Shown here one piece after another: positions 9,357 through 19,772 of a stretch of 64,000 bases of DNA. The stretch's first letter is position 1. Each line of letters opens with the position of its first letter. The notes beneath the pieces were generated by a model. That model searched no databases and was not told the DNA's origin. It saw nothing but the letters and a program-made list of their open reading frames with translations. The position numbers and the translations under genes are program-made. The stretch is taken from the NCBI GenBank assembly GCA_963851265.1, contig CAWKNZ010000002.1, forward strand, positions 224,001 through 288,000, given 5' to 3'. Origin of the DNA: an uncultured Gemmatimonadales bacterium (GTDB lineage Bacteria > Gemmatimonadota > Gemmatimonadetes > Gemmatimonadales > Gemmatimonadaceae).

Positions 9357-11954
9357 ATGGACCTTTCCCGCCCGGACGGGCGATCCGACGCGCTGCCCTG
9401 GCAGGAACGGCAGCGCCGGATGCGCGAGACGGCGATCCTCGATGCCGCCGCCACCCTGCTCGCCGAACGCGGGTACGCGGCCACGAGCATGGACGAGATC
9501 GCCGCGCACGTCGGCATTTCGAAGCCGACGCTCTACCAGCACTTCCCGAGCAAGGACGCGGTCGCGGTGGCCGTGATGCTGCACCGGCTCGGCCACACGG
9601 CGGCGGACATCGCGTCCGCCGAGCAGGCCGTGGCCGAGGGCGAGCGCGCCCGCCCCCAACTGGAGCGGGTGCTGCGCGACGCGCTCGCGCGCCGGGCGGG
9701 CGCGTGGTCCACGCGTGTGGAGCTGCCACGCTCCGTGGTCGACTCGGCGCCCGAGGTGGGCATCGCGCGTCGCGACGTGTGGGCCCGCATCGGCGCCCTC
9801 GTCGACCGTGCCAAGGCCGAAGGGGACTGCCGCGCCGACGCACCCACGCCGGTGATCGCGCGGCACCTCGCGGGGCTGTTCCGTGGTGATTACTCCGATC
9901 TCGTCGATCAGGGCGCACCGTCCGAAGCGCTCGCGGCGACGCTCGTCTCGCTCGTCTTCGACGGCCTCGCGCCGCGCCAGCCCGCGGCCGATCCGCACGG
10001 CGCCGACCCGCACCTTGCCGAGGCGTCGGCCGCGGGCGCGCGCCTCGGCGTGCGGCGGGTCGCCCGGCGCGCGTCGGTGCTGTTCGGAATCGTCGCCGGC
10101 GCGTACGCGCTGACGCCCGGCGCGGTGCGCGCCCAGCAGGCGCCGGTGCTCCCCGCCAGCGTTCCGGCGTCCGCCGGGGCACCCACGCCGGCGCCGCTGC
10201 CCGTTCCCGGGGCGACCCGCTCGGCTGACGATCCGCCGGCGTCGGGCCCGCTCCCCGTGCCGCCGCTCGACAGCAGGGCGCCCATCGGCGCGCCGAGCAC
10301 CGCCGCGCGCGTGATCGGGCCGCAGCCGTTGTTCCCGCAACAGGTGCCGAGTCAGACCGAGATCGTGCCCGGCGTCCCGACGCAGGCCGGCGGCCGTGCG
10401 CCGGGCGCACCGGCCACGCCCGCGGGACTCGCCGGCCGTGCGCTGACGCTGGCCGACGTGCTCGATGCCGCCCTGCGCGCCAACCCGTCGACGTTCGCCG
10501 CGTTCGCCAGCGCACAATCGTCGCGCGCGCAGTTCCTGTCGGCGCGGGCGGCCTCGTTCCCGGTGCTCTCGTTCAACCCGGGCATCACGCGCTCCCAGTC
10601 GCTCGGCATCGCGGGTGGCGGGATCTCCACGGGGACGCTTCCCGGGAACGGCACCGGCTCCGGCACCACCGGGACCGGCACGACCGGGACGGGCGGCGCG
10701 GGCACGGGCACGACCGGCACCGGCACCGGGGGCAGCGGGACGGGCACCACCGGCACCGGCACGGGCACGACCACGGCGACCACCGTGGTCGGTTCGGCGG
10801 TGACGCAGCGGACGTCGTTCACGCCCGCCATCGGGCTCACCTTCCTCGCCTTCGATTTCGGGGGGCGCGCCGGACAGATCGGCAGTGCGCGTGAGACGGC
10901 CAACGCCGCGGGCGCGACGCTCGACGCGACCATCGTCAACACGCTGCTGCAGGCCGAACAGGCGTACTTCGGCTATCAGAGCGCGCGGGACGTCGTGGTC
11001 GCGTCGGAGCAGAACGTGCGCACGGCGACGTCCAGCCGCGACGCGTCGGTCGCGCTCTTTCGGGCCGGCCTCGCCACCGTGGGTGACACCCTTCAGGCCG
11101 CGACGGCGCTCGCCCAGGCGCGCGTCAACCTGCTCAACGCCCGCCAGAGCCTCTCGCAGTCGCGCGACACGCTGGCCACGGTGATCAACGCCCGGGCGGA
11201 CGTGCCGTTCGCGGTGGCCGCCGAGCGTGCGCCCACGGGCACCGCGGCGACGTCGGTGACCTCGCTGCTCACGGCCCGCGTCGACACCCTCGTCGCGCAC
11301 GCCGTGCGCACGCGCCCCGACGTGGACGCGATGCGCGACCAGGCGCTCGCGGCGCAGCAGCAGGTGCGCACGGCGCGCTCGGCGCTGCTGCCCGCCGTCA
11401 CCGTCACCGGCACCGCCGGCTACAACCAGATCTACGGCGGCGTGGCGCCCATCAACGGGATGACCTACAACATCCAGCTCGGCCTCTCGGTCCCCGTGTT
11501 CGACGGCGGGGCGCGGCGCGCGTCGCTGCAGGCGGCCAACGCCACCGCCGACGCCGCGCGCGCGCGGGCCGACGCGATGACGACGCAGGCCGTCAACCAG
11601 GTGGTCGCGTCGGCGGAGGTGCTCAAGGAGAGCGCGGACCGCCTCGCGGCCAACGAGACGCTGCTCGCGACGGCCGAACGCAACGCCGAGGTGGCCGCGG
11701 GCCGGTACCAGGAGGGCGTCGGCACGATCGTCGACCTCCTGAACGCGCAGACCACGCTCGCCACCGCGCGTTCGCAGCTCGCCCAGGCGCGCTGGGCGTG
11801 GACCACGTCGCTGGCCCAGCTCGCGCGCAACGCCGGCATCCTCGGCCTCCGCGGGGAGCTCCCGGCGGTCGTGGCTCCGGCCGTCCCGACCTCGACCCCG
11901 CTCTCGGCCCCGCCCGCGGCCGCGCGCGCCTCCAATTCCGATCCGTCCCGGTAA
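9357..11954 (+). CDS. TetR regulator fused in frame to a TolC-family outer-membrane efflux protein
   Basis: ILDAAATLLAERGYAATSMDEIAAHVGISKPTLYQHFPSKD (TetR HTH), no stop, an internal signal-peptide-like stretch, then LTLADVLDAALRANP...RPDV...VPVFDGG...RYQEGVGTIVDLLNAQ (OEP/TolC). Confidence 0.85.
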   Translation: MDLSRPDGRSDALPWQERQRRMRETAILDAAATLLAERGYAATSMDEIAAHVGISKPTLYQHFPSKDAVAVAVMLHRLGHTAADIASAEQAVAEGERARPQLERVLRDALARRAGAWSTRVELPRSVVDSAPEVGIARRDVWARIGALVDRAKAEGDCRADAPTPVIARHLAGLFRGDYSDLVDQGAPSEALAATLVSLVFDGLAPRQPAADPHGADPHLAEASAAGARLGVRRVARRASVLFGIVAGAYALTPGAVRAQQAPVLPASVPASAGAPTPAPLPVPGATRSADDPPASGPLPVPPLDSRAPIGAPSTAARVIGPQPLFPQQVPSQTEIVPGVPTQAGGRAPGAPATPAGLAGRALTLADVLDAALRANPSTFAAFASAQSSRAQFLSARAASFPVLSFNPGITRSQSLGIAGGGISTGTLPGNGTGSGTTGTGTTGTGGAGTGTTGTGTGGSGTGTTGTGTGTTTATTVVGSAVTQRTSFTPAIGLTFLAFDFGGRAGQIGSARETANAAGATLDATIVNTLLQAEQAYFGYQSARDVVVASEQNVRTATSSRDASVALFRAGLATVGDTLQAATALAQARVNLLNARQSLSQSRDTLATVINARADVPFAVAAERAPTGTAATSVTSLLTARVDTLVAHAVRTRPDVDAMRDQALAAQQQVRTARSALLPAVTVTGTAGYNQIYGGVAPINGMTYNIQLGLSVPVFDGGARRASLQAANATADAARARADAMTTQAVNQVVASAEVLKESADRLAANETLLATAERNAEVAAGRYQEGVGTIVDLLNAQTTLATARSQLAQARWAWTTSLAQLARNAGILGLRGELPAVVAPAVPTSTPLSAPPAAARASNSDPSR
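10647..10785 (+). repeat. Gly/Thr-rich low-complexity repeat (GTGTT)n inside TolC
   Basis: GTGSGTTGTGTTGTGGAGTGTTGTGTGGSGTGTTGTGTGTTT. Confidence 0.85.
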
Positions 11955-13222
11955 TGCGCCCGTTCGATCGTTCGTTTCGTCGTACCACGTTCGCGGCCCT
12001 GCTCGCCGCGGTCGCCGCGAGCGGCTGCCGCAAGGAACCGCCGCCGCGGCCCAAACCCGCCGTGCCGGTGACCATCGCCCAGGCGATCAGCGGGAGCCTG
12101 CCGATCACCTTCGCCACCAACGGCACCGTCGAGCCGACGCAGACCGTGGCCATCCAGCCGCAGGTCGCGGGGCCGATCACCGAGGTGCGCTTCCAGGAAG
12201 GCGACGAGGTGCGCGCGGGACAGGTGCTCTTCGTCATCGACCCCCGGCCGTATCAGGCGGCGCTCGCGCAGGCCCAGGCGGTGCTCGCCCGCGACCGCGC
12301 GACCGCCACGGCCACCCGCGCCGACTCGGCGCGGTACGCGTCCCTCGTCAGCAAGGGGTTCGTGACGCAGTCGCAGGCCGGACAGTTCGCCGCCAACGCG
12401 ACGGCCGCCGGCGCGACCATCGCCTCCGACCAGGCGCAGGTCGACGCGGCACGCCTCAACTTGAGCTACGCGACCATCCGCGCGCCGATCAGCGGGAAGA
12501 CCGGTAACCTCAACGTGCGGCTCGGGAATCAGGTGCGCGTGCCCAACACCGTGCCGCTCGTGACGATCAACGCGGTCGCGCCGGTGCTCGTCCGCTTCCC
12601 GGTGCCCGACCGCGTGCTGCCCCAGGTGCGCGCGGCCCAGCGCGAGAAGCGCCAGCTCGACGTGACCATCGCCGGCGCGGTCGTGAACGGCGCCGTGGAG
12701 CGCGGCACCGTCGACTTCATCGACAACGCCGTCGACACCACCACCGGTTCGGTCACGCTCAAGGCGCGCTTCCCGAACACCGACCGCCGGCTGTGGCCGG
12801 GCGCCTTCCTCCCGCTTACCCTCGGGCTCGGCCAGACCCCGACGGGCGTGCTCGTCCCGACCGTGGCCGTGCAGGCCGGGCCGCAGGGCGATTACGTGTT
12901 CATGCCCGACTCGGCCGGGAAGACGCGGCAGGTGTCCGTTGTCACCGCGCAGTCGGCAGGAAGCGTCACCCTCGTGACGAAAGGCGTGGCGGTAGGCGAG
13001 CGCGTCGTCGTCGACGGGCAGTCGCGCCTCACGCCGGGCGCCGTCATGAAGATTGCGCGCACGGTGGCCACGCAGCCGCCGGGCAGCGCGCCCACACCGA
13101 ATGCCGTGCCCGGAAGCGCCGGGCAGGGCCCGTCCGGGCAGCCGACCGGTGCCGCGCCCGAGCGCGTCGCGGCCAATGGCGCCAACGGCACGGGCACGTC
13201 GAGCAGCACCGGCACCCCCTGA
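11954..13222 (+). CDS. RND periplasmic adaptor (MdtA-like lipoprotein)
   Basis: Lipobox AASGC; FQEGDEVRAGQVLFVIDPRPY; IRAPISG; FIDNAVDTTTG; LWPG; TAATG overlap. Confidence 0.93.
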   Translation: MRPFDRSFRRTTFAALLAAVAASGCRKEPPPRPKPAVPVTIAQAISGSLPITFATNGTVEPTQTVAIQPQVAGPITEVRFQEGDEVRAGQVLFVIDPRPYQAALAQAQAVLARDRATATATRADSARYASLVSKGFVTQSQAGQFAANATAAGATIASDQAQVDAARLNLSYATIRAPISGKTGNLNVRLGNQVRVPNTVPLVTINAVAPVLVRFPVPDRVLPQVRAAQREKRQLDVTIAGAVVNGAVERGTVDFIDNAVDTTTGSVTLKARFPNTDRRLWPGAFLPLTLGLGQTPTGVLVPTVAVQAGPQGDYVFMPDSAGKTRQVSVVTAQSAGSVTLVTKGVAVGERVVVDGQSRLTPGAVMKIARTVATQPPGSAPTPNAVPGSAGQGPSGQPTGAAPERVAANGANGTGTSSSTGTP

Positions 13223-13232
13223 GGACTTCGCC

Positions 13233-16200
13233 ATGAATTTCGTCGCGCCGTTCATCAAGCGGCCCGTGATGACCACGCTGTTCCTGCTGTCGCTGCTCGT
13301 GGCAGGGTTCTTCGCGTGGCAGTCGCTGCCGGTGAGCGACCTGCCCAACGTCGACTATCCGACGGTCACCGTGAACGCGTCGCTCCCCGGCGCCAGCCCC
13401 GAGACGATGGCCGCCTCGGTGGCCACGGTGCTCGAGAAGCAGTTCTCGACCATCGCGGGCATCGACAACATGACCTCGTCGAGCACGCTCGGGTCGACCA
13501 GCATCACCCTGCAGTTCTCACTCGACCGCGACGTGGACGCGGCCGCGCAGGACGTGCAGGCGGCCATCAGCGCCACGCTCCGCACGCTGCCCCAAGGGAT
13601 CATCCCGCCGAGCTACCAGAAGGTGAACCCGGCGAACAGTCCCATCCTCTACGTCGCGCTGACGTCGACGACCAACCCGCTGGCCGACGTCGACGAGATC
13701 GCCGAGACGAACCTGGCGCAGCAGATCTCGACGATCAACGGCGTCGCCCAGGTGCAGGTGTACGGCGCCCAGAAGCGCGCGGTGCGCGTGCAGATGGACC
13801 CGCGCAAGCTCGCCCAGCTGCAGCTCGGCACGAGCGACGTCGCCACCGCGGTCGCGTCGCAGAGCCCCAACCTGCCGAGCGGCACGCTCTGGGGAACGAG
13901 CCGCGCGTACGTGGTGCAGGCGAACGGGCAGCTGCAGCAGGCCACCGAGTTCTCCAACCTCGTCGTCACGTACCGCAACGGCGCCCCCGTGCGCCTCGGT
14001 GACCTCGCGACCGTCGTCGAGGGCGTCCAGAACGACAAGACGGCCGCCTGGTTCGGCTCGCCCGAGCTCAACCAGCCGATGCGCCGCTCGATCACGCTCG
14101 CCATCCAGCGGCAGCCCGGGACCAACACCGTCGAGGTGGCCGACAACGTCAAGGCCATCCTGCCCAAGCTCACGGCCAACATCCCGGCCGGGATCAGCAT
14201 GAACATCATGTACGACCGCTCGCAGACCATCCGCGAGAGCGTGCGCGACGTCGAGCTGACCCTGCTGCTGACGCTCGTACTCGTCGTCGGCGTGGTGTTC
14301 CTGTTCCTCCGCTCGCCGCGCGCGACGGCCATCCCGTCGCTCGCGCTGCCGCTCTCGGTGGCCGGCACCTTCGCCATCATGAAGGTGCTCGGCTACTCGC
14401 TCGACAACCTCTCGCTGATGGCGCTCACGCTCGCCGTGGGCTTCGTCGTCGACGACGCGATCGTGGTGCTCGAGAACATCGTGCGCCACCGCGAGATGGG
14501 GAAGACGGCCATGCAGGCGTCGTTCGACGGGGCCCAGGAGGTCGCGTTCACGGTGCTCTCGATGACGCTCTCGCTCTCGGCGGTGTTCCTGCCGCTGCTC
14601 TTCATGAGCGGGATCATCGGGCGCCTGTTCCGCGAGTTCTCGGTGACGATCGCGGTCTCGATCCTCGTGTCGGGCGTCGTCTCGCTCACGATCACGCCGA
14701 TGCTCGCTTCGCGCTTCCTCAGGGACGCGCCCCCCGACGCGGCCGGCGCCGAAGGCGTGCGCACCACGGACCCCAAGACCGGCGAGCAGGCCGGCAATCT
14801 CGCGGCACCGCAGCTCGCCTCGCAGCAGCACGCGCCACAGCCGGAGCCGACGGCGACGCTCGCGCACGCGTCCAACCCGCACGCGTCGGCCGAGCACAAG
14901 GACTCGCTGCACGACGAGGCGCCGCGCCTGCTCCGCCCCATCCTCGACCTGTTCGAGCGCGGCTACGAGGCGGTGCACCGGCTCTACGAGACGACGCTCC
15001 GCTGGACGATGTTCCACCGCCCGGTGGTGCTCCTCGGCTCGGTCGGCGTGCTCGTCGGCACGTATTTCCTCTTCAAGGCAGTGCCGACGAGCTTCATCCC
15101 GAGCGACGACACGAGCTTCCTCGTCACGAGCACGCTCGCGGCGCAGGGCACCAGCTTCGAGGACATGGTGCGCCACCAGCAGCAGGCGGCGGAGCTCGTG
15201 CAGAAGGACCCCAACGTCGCGGCCTTTTCCAGCTCCGTGGGCAACGGGGGCGGCGGCAGCAACCAGGGGCGCATCACGATCCGCCTGAAGTCGCCGGCCA
15301 ACCGCGCCCTCGACGCGGACGCGGTCGCGCGCGAGTTGACGCAGAAGCTCAACCGCATCCCCGGGCTGCAGAGCTTCGTGCAGAACCCGCCGACCATCCA
15401 GATCGGCGGCCGGCAGAGCGCGGCGCTCTACCAGTTCACGCTGCAGGGCACCAACCTGTCCACGCTCTACAGCGTGTCCAACCAGCTCCAGCTGCAGCTG
15501 CAGAAGTCGCCGCTCCTGAGCGACGTGACGAGCGACCTCTTCCTGTCGAACCCGACGGCCGCCCTGGTCATCGACCGCGACCGCGCCGGAGCGTTGGGCG
15601 TCAGCGCGCAGGCCATCGAGCAGACGCTCTACGACGCGTACGGCTCGCGGCAGGTCGGCACCATCTACACGCCCACCAACCAGTACTGGGTCGTCCTCGA
15701 GCTGCAGCCGGGCGCGCAACGCGACCCGAGCGCCCTCGGCCTGCTGTACGTCAAGAGCAGCCGCGGGACGTCGGTCCCGCTCTCGTCGGTGACGACCGTC
15801 CAGGACACGGTGAGCCCGCTCTCCGTGAACCACTCGGGCCAGGTGCCGTCGGTGACCATCTCGTTCAACCTGCCCGCGGGCGTCGCGCTCGGCACGGCGA
15901 CGCAGTTCGTCCAGCGGCAGGCGGACGCGCTCATCCCCGCGTCGTCGAGCATCATCACGAGCTTCGGCGGCACGGCGCAGGCGTTCCAGTCGAGCCAGGC
16001 CGGGCTGCTCGGGCTGCTCGTGCTCGCGATCCTGGTCATCTACCTGATCCTGGGCGTGCTCTACGAGAGCTTCATCCACCCGATCACGATTCTGTCGGGG
16101 CTGCCGTTCGCCGTGTTCGGCGCTCTCCTCGCGCTCTGGATCTTCAACCAGGAGCTGTCGGTGTACGCGTTCATCGGCCTCGTGCTCCTCATCGGCCTGG

Positions 16201-16652
16201 TGAAGAAGAACGCGATCATGATGGTCGACTTCGCGGTCGAGGCCGAGCGCACGCGAAACCTCGACCCCAAGGAGTCGATCTTCGAAGCGTGTCTGGTGCG
16301 CTTCCGCCCGATCACGATGACGACGCTCGCCGCGCTCGTCGGCACGCTGCCCATCGCGCTCGGCCTCGGCGCCGGCGCGAAGAGCCGCCAGCCGTTAGGC
16401 ATCGCGGTCGTCGGCGGCCTTCTCTTCTCGCAGGTCGTCACCCTCTACGTCACGCCGGTGCTCTACACCTACTTCGACGGGCTGCAGCAGCGCTTCGCAC
16501 ACCGCAAGGCCAAGGGCACGGTCGCCCGGCCGGGCACGGAACGCGCGGACGACGACGAGCAGGGCGGGCGTGGGACGCCGACGCCGGCCCCGGCGCCGCG
16601 TCCGCAGGCTCCCAAGCAGCCGCTCCCCGCGGCGGCGGCGGTGCGCGCATGA
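13233..16652 (+). CDS. RND efflux permease (MdtB/MdtC-like, HAE1)
   Basis: FIKRPV, LPVSDLPNVDYPT, GFVVDDAIVVLENI, GLVKKNAIM, RFRPITMTT; extra Pro/Ala/His-rich linker between the two halves. Confidence 0.96.
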   Translation: MNFVAPFIKRPVMTTLFLLSLLVAGFFAWQSLPVSDLPNVDYPTVTVNASLPGASPETMAASVATVLEKQFSTIAGIDNMTSSSTLGSTSITLQFSLDRDVDAAAQDVQAAISATLRTLPQGIIPPSYQKVNPANSPILYVALTSTTNPLADVDEIAETNLAQQISTINGVAQVQVYGAQKRAVRVQMDPRKLAQLQLGTSDVATAVASQSPNLPSGTLWGTSRAYVVQANGQLQQATEFSNLVVTYRNGAPVRLGDLATVVEGVQNDKTAAWFGSPELNQPMRRSITLAIQRQPGTNTVEVADNVKAILPKLTANIPAGISMNIMYDRSQTIRESVRDVELTLLLTLVLVVGVVFLFLRSPRATAIPSLALPLSVAGTFAIMKVLGYSLDNLSLMALTLAVGFVVDDAIVVLENIVRHREMGKTAMQASFDGAQEVAFTVLSMTLSLSAVFLPLLFMSGIIGRLFREFSVTIAVSILVSGVVSLTITPMLASRFLRDAPPDAAGAEGVRTTDPKTGEQAGNLAAPQLASQQHAPQPEPTATLAHASNPHASAEHKDSLHDEAPRLLRPILDLFERGYEAVHRLYETTLRWTMFHRPVVLLGSVGVLVGTYFLFKAVPTSFIPSDDTSFLVTSTLAAQGTSFEDMVRHQQQAAELVQKDPNVAAFSSSVGNGGGGSNQGRITIRLKSPANRALDADAVARELTQKLNRIPGLQSFVQNPPTIQIGGRQSAALYQFTLQGTNLSTLYSVSNQLQLQLQKSPLLSDVTSDLFLSNPTAALVIDRDRAGALGVSAQAIEQTLYDAYGSRQVGTIYTPTNQYWVVLELQPGAQRDPSALGLLYVKSSRGTSVPLSSVTTVQDTVSPLSVNHSGQVPSVTISFNLPAGVALGTATQFVQRQADALIPASSSIITSFGGTAQAFQSSQAGLLGLLVLAILVIYLILGVLYESFIHPITILSGLPFAVFGALLALWIFNQELSVYAFIGLVLLIGLVKKNAIMMVDFAVEAERTRNLDPKESIFEACLVRFRPITMTTLAALVGTLPIALGLGAGAKSRQPLGIAVVGGLLFSQVVTLYVTPVLYTYFDGLQQRFAHRKAKGTVARPGTERADDDEQGGRGTPTPAPAPRPQAPKQPLPAAAAVRA

Positions 16653-17404
16653 GCGGCTACCCGCCCATCCCGCAGCAGGTCACCCCGACGCCGGTCGTCC
16701 CCGGCGTCTGGGACCTGCCGCTCGGCATCGTCCACGCGTACCTCGTCGCCGACGGCGAGGCGCCGGACGCGCCACTCGCGCTCGTCGACACGGGCCTCCC
16801 CGGCAGCGCACCGGCCATCCTCGGCGCGGTCGCGGCCCTCGGGCGGCGTCCCGCGGACGTGCGCTGGATCGTCGCGACGCACCTGCACGTGGACCACACG
16901 GGCACCCTGGCCGAGCTGAAGCGGGCGAGCGGCGCGGAGGTGCTGATGCACCCGACCGACGCGGCGATGGTGGCCGAGGGCGCCGCGGGGCGCACGATGC
17001 ACGAATCGCCGGCGCCCGGGTCGGCGGCGTTCGTCGCGGGGTTCGACCCGCGCACGCGGCGCGTGGAGCCGTGCGCGACCGACCGCCTCCTCGCCGACGG
17101 CGACGAGTTGCCCTTCGCCGGGGGCGCGCGCGTGGTGCACGCGCCGGGGCACGCCGCCGGGCAGGTGGTGCTGCTGCTGCCGGGCCACGGCGGCGTGCTC
17201 GTCGCCGCCGACGCGTTAGGCAATCCCGGCGGCCGGCTCGGCTGGAGCGTCGGCTACGAGGACCTCGCGCTCGGTGCCGACACGGTCGAGCGTCTCGCGG
17301 GGCTCACGTTCGAGCACGCGGTGTTCGGCCACGGCGACCCGATCGTCGGCGGGGCGGACGCGCGGTTCCGACGGGCGGTGGACGAGGTGTTCCGGGCCGC
17401 GTAG
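16649..17404 (+). CDS. Metallo-beta-lactamase-fold hydrolase
   Basis: LVDTG, THLHVDHTG, APGHAAG, ADA, FGHG; ATGA overlap with the RND gene. Confidence 0.9.
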   Translation: MSGYPPIPQQVTPTPVVPGVWDLPLGIVHAYLVADGEAPDAPLALVDTGLPGSAPAILGAVAALGRRPADVRWIVATHLHVDHTGTLAELKRASGAEVLMHPTDAAMVAEGAAGRTMHESPAPGSAAFVAGFDPRTRRVEPCATDRLLADGDELPFAGGARVVHAPGHAAGQVVLLLPGHGGVLVAADALGNPGGRLGWSVGYEDLALGADTVERLAGLTFEHAVFGHGDPIVGGADARFRRAVDEVFRAA

Positions 17405-17548
17405 CGCCGTCGCTGCGCGCGCGCCGTAGCACCAGCGCCCGCCCGACCGGCGTCGCGCCGGGCGGCATCACTGTTGCCCCTCCGTCCGGGCCCGCGCTCG
17501 TCGTCGCGGACGCGACGACGCATGCGCGGGCCAGACCCGGAGTGTCAG

Positions 17549-18022
17549 ATGCCCGTCCTCACGTTAGGCCGCCGCGCGCTCGGGGCCGCGGCCGCCCTGT
17601 CCACCGCGGCCGCGGCGCTGCCCGGCGCCGCCGCGACCGCCCACGCCCAGCCGCGCGGCGCGCAGCTGCTCTACGAGTGGCAGGGGCGCGTCGACCACGA
17701 GGTGCAGATCTTTCCGGGGCGCGGCGGCTTCGACGTGCGCGGCATCGGCGGCGCCGAGAACCCGGGCCGATTCCGAAACACCGGCGGCCCGCCGCGCGGG
17801 TCGGGGCAGATCAGCGTCCAGCGCCTCAGCGGCCGCGGCCCCGTCGACGTGCTCGGCAGCAACGTCGTGCGCATCCGCGACCCGCAAGGCGGGGCGGACT
17901 TCTACCGCATCCGCGTGTACTGGCAGCCCAGCGGCGGGCAGTACGGGCGCGGCGACGGCGACGGCCGGAACGACCGCGGCCGCGACGACCGCCGCGGGCG
18001 CGACGACCGCCGGCCGTTCTGA
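17549..18022 (+). CDS. Secreted hypothetical protein
   Basis: Signal peptide ending ATAHA|Q; WQGRVD...GRGPVDV...VVRIRDPQGGADFY; R/D-rich tail. Confidence 0.75.
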   Translation: MPVLTLGRRALGAAAALSTAAAALPGAAATAHAQPRGAQLLYEWQGRVDHEVQIFPGRGGFDVRGIGGAENPGRFRNTGGPPRGSGQISVQRLSGRGPVDVLGSNVVRIRDPQGGADFYRIRVYWQPSGGQYGRGDGDGRNDRGRDDRRGRDDRRPF

Positions 18023-18122
18023 AGCCGGCCCGCGGCGCCGCGCGCACTCACGGGTGCGTGCGGAACGCCCGCACCGCCGCGACCGAGAGCGCGACCGCGT
18101 ACGCCATCGCCTACGCCATCGC

Positions 18123-19484
18123 CTACGCCATCTCGTCCTGCGGCGGCGGCCCCCGGAACGCGTCCTTGCCGGCCGTCGGCGCGAACGTGACCGGCCGCCC
18201 CGTGCGCGCCGCCTCGTAGATCGCCGCCTGGATGCGGTGATCCTGGACGCCCTCCTCGCCGGGCGTGTACGGCTGACGGTTCTCCCGCACGCACTGCGAG
18301 AAGTGGTCGGCCTCGCGCGCGAACTGGCTCTTCTGCGCCATCGGCAGCTCGGCGATCCGCTCCTGCCCGTTCTCCGCGCGCGCCGCGCGCATCCGCAGCC
18401 CCTCGTAGCTGAACGCCGGGTCGAGCTCGACCCAGCCGTCTTCGCCGGTCACGCGGTAGCGCCGCGACTGGTGCGTGCCGTAGCTCGACCCGCAGTTGGC
18501 GAGCGTCCCCGACGGGAAGCGCATCGACCAGAGCACCGTCTCCTCGACCTCGCGGAAGCGCGGGTCGTCCTTGGGGTCCAGCAGCTGCGCGCGGATCTCG
18601 ACGGGCTCCTCGCCGGTGAGGAAGCGGGCGGTGTTGAAGCAGTAGATCCCCACGTCCGGCAGCGAGCCGCCGCCCGAGAGCGCCAGCCGCTGGCGCCACT
18701 GCGTCGGGTCGCCCTGCGCCTGGCCGTTGAACATCTCGACCACGGTGACCTTGCCTAACGGACCGCGCCCCGGGCCCGAATCGCGCACCATCTTCATCGC
18801 CGCGCGGTTGTGCGGCTCGTACTGGATGCGGTAGGCGACCATCAACTTGCGCCCCGCCGCCGCGCACGCGCGCACCATCCGCTCCGCGTCGGCGACGTTG
18901 GTCGCCATCGGCTTCTCGCACAGCACGTGCTTCCCGGCGCCCGCCGCGCGCACCACCTGCTCGGCGTGCAGCGCGTTGGGCGTGGCGACGTACACGGCCT
19001 CGACCGCGCGGTCGTCGCGCAGGCGGTCCCACTCGTTGTAGCCGTACACCCGCCGCGGGTCGAGCCCGAACTGCTGCGCGATCGCCCGCCCCTTGTTGGG
19101 GTCGCCCGTCATCACCGCGACGAGCTTCGAGCGCTTGCTCTGCTGCATCCCCGGAATCATCTCGGTGAGCGCGATGCGCCCGAGCCCGATGACGCAGTAG
19201 CCGACCCGCATCTCGGGCGGCTCCGGGTTGGGCGGCTGGCCCTCCTGGCGCTCCGTCGACTTCTCGGTGGGCGGAAAGTGCACCGCGGGCGGCTGCGCGC
19301 CCGGGCCGGTGCCGCTCCCCGGCGTGGTCTGCCCGCGGTCGACCGGCGCCTGCGCGCGCGCGACGTCGCCGTCCAGCAACGAGACCACCCCACCGGCGAG
19401 CGACAGGGCGCCGAGCCCGGCGCCCGCGCGGGCGAGGAAATCGCGGCGGGTCGGGCCCGCCTGGTCGAGCGCATTCTTCGTCAT
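18123..19484 (-). CDS. Tat-exported Gfo/Idh/MocA oxidoreductase (glucose-fructose oxidoreductase-like)
   Basis: TRRDFL twin-arginine signal; IGLGRI, VYVATPNALH, HVLCEKPMA, AYRIQY, GGGSLPDVGIY. Confidence 0.92.
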   Translation of the reverse strand: MTKNALDQAGPTRRDFLARAGAGLGALSLAGGVVSLLDGDVARAQAPVDRGQTTPGSGTGPGAQPPAVHFPPTEKSTERQEGQPPNPEPPEMRVGYCVIGLGRIALTEMIPGMQQSKRSKLVAVMTGDPNKGRAIAQQFGLDPRRVYGYNEWDRLRDDRAVEAVYVATPNALHAEQVVRAAGAGKHVLCEKPMATNVADAERMVRACAAAGRKLMVAYRIQYEPHNRAAMKMVRDSGPGRGPLGKVTVVEMFNGQAQGDPTQWRQRLALSGGGSLPDVGIYCFNTARFLTGEEPVEIRAQLLDPKDDPRFREVEETVLWSMRFPSGTLANCGSSYGTHQSRRYRVTGEDGWVELDPAFSYEGLRMRAARAENGQERIAELPMAQKSQFAREADHFSQCVRENRQPYTPGEEGVQDHRIQAAIYEAARTGRPVTFAPTAGKDAFRGPPPQDEMA

Positions 19485-19772
19485 CCGTCCCATCCCCCCG
19501 TCCGCCAACCCGGCGGCGCCTCGCGTTAGACCCCCGACGCCGGCCCCGGCCCGGGTGACGGCGGCGGTCGCACCCGCGGCCGCCGCGCGCGCCCACGTGC
19601 GCAGGGCGTGCGCCATCAGCCCCGCGCGACGTCGGGGCGCACGCCCGGCGTGAACCGTTTCACGGTCCTTGCGTGCGGTCGGGTGTGTCGACCTGGACAG
19701 TGGCGTGACCTCCACGCTACCGTGCCGCGTCGTCGCGCCCCATACCCAACCCCTCCAGAGGAGACCATCGGT

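Noticed and set aside
16649..17404. MBL gene as an antibiotic-resistance beta-lactamase
   Set aside because: No signal peptide; only generic glyoxalase-II-like MBL-fold motifs
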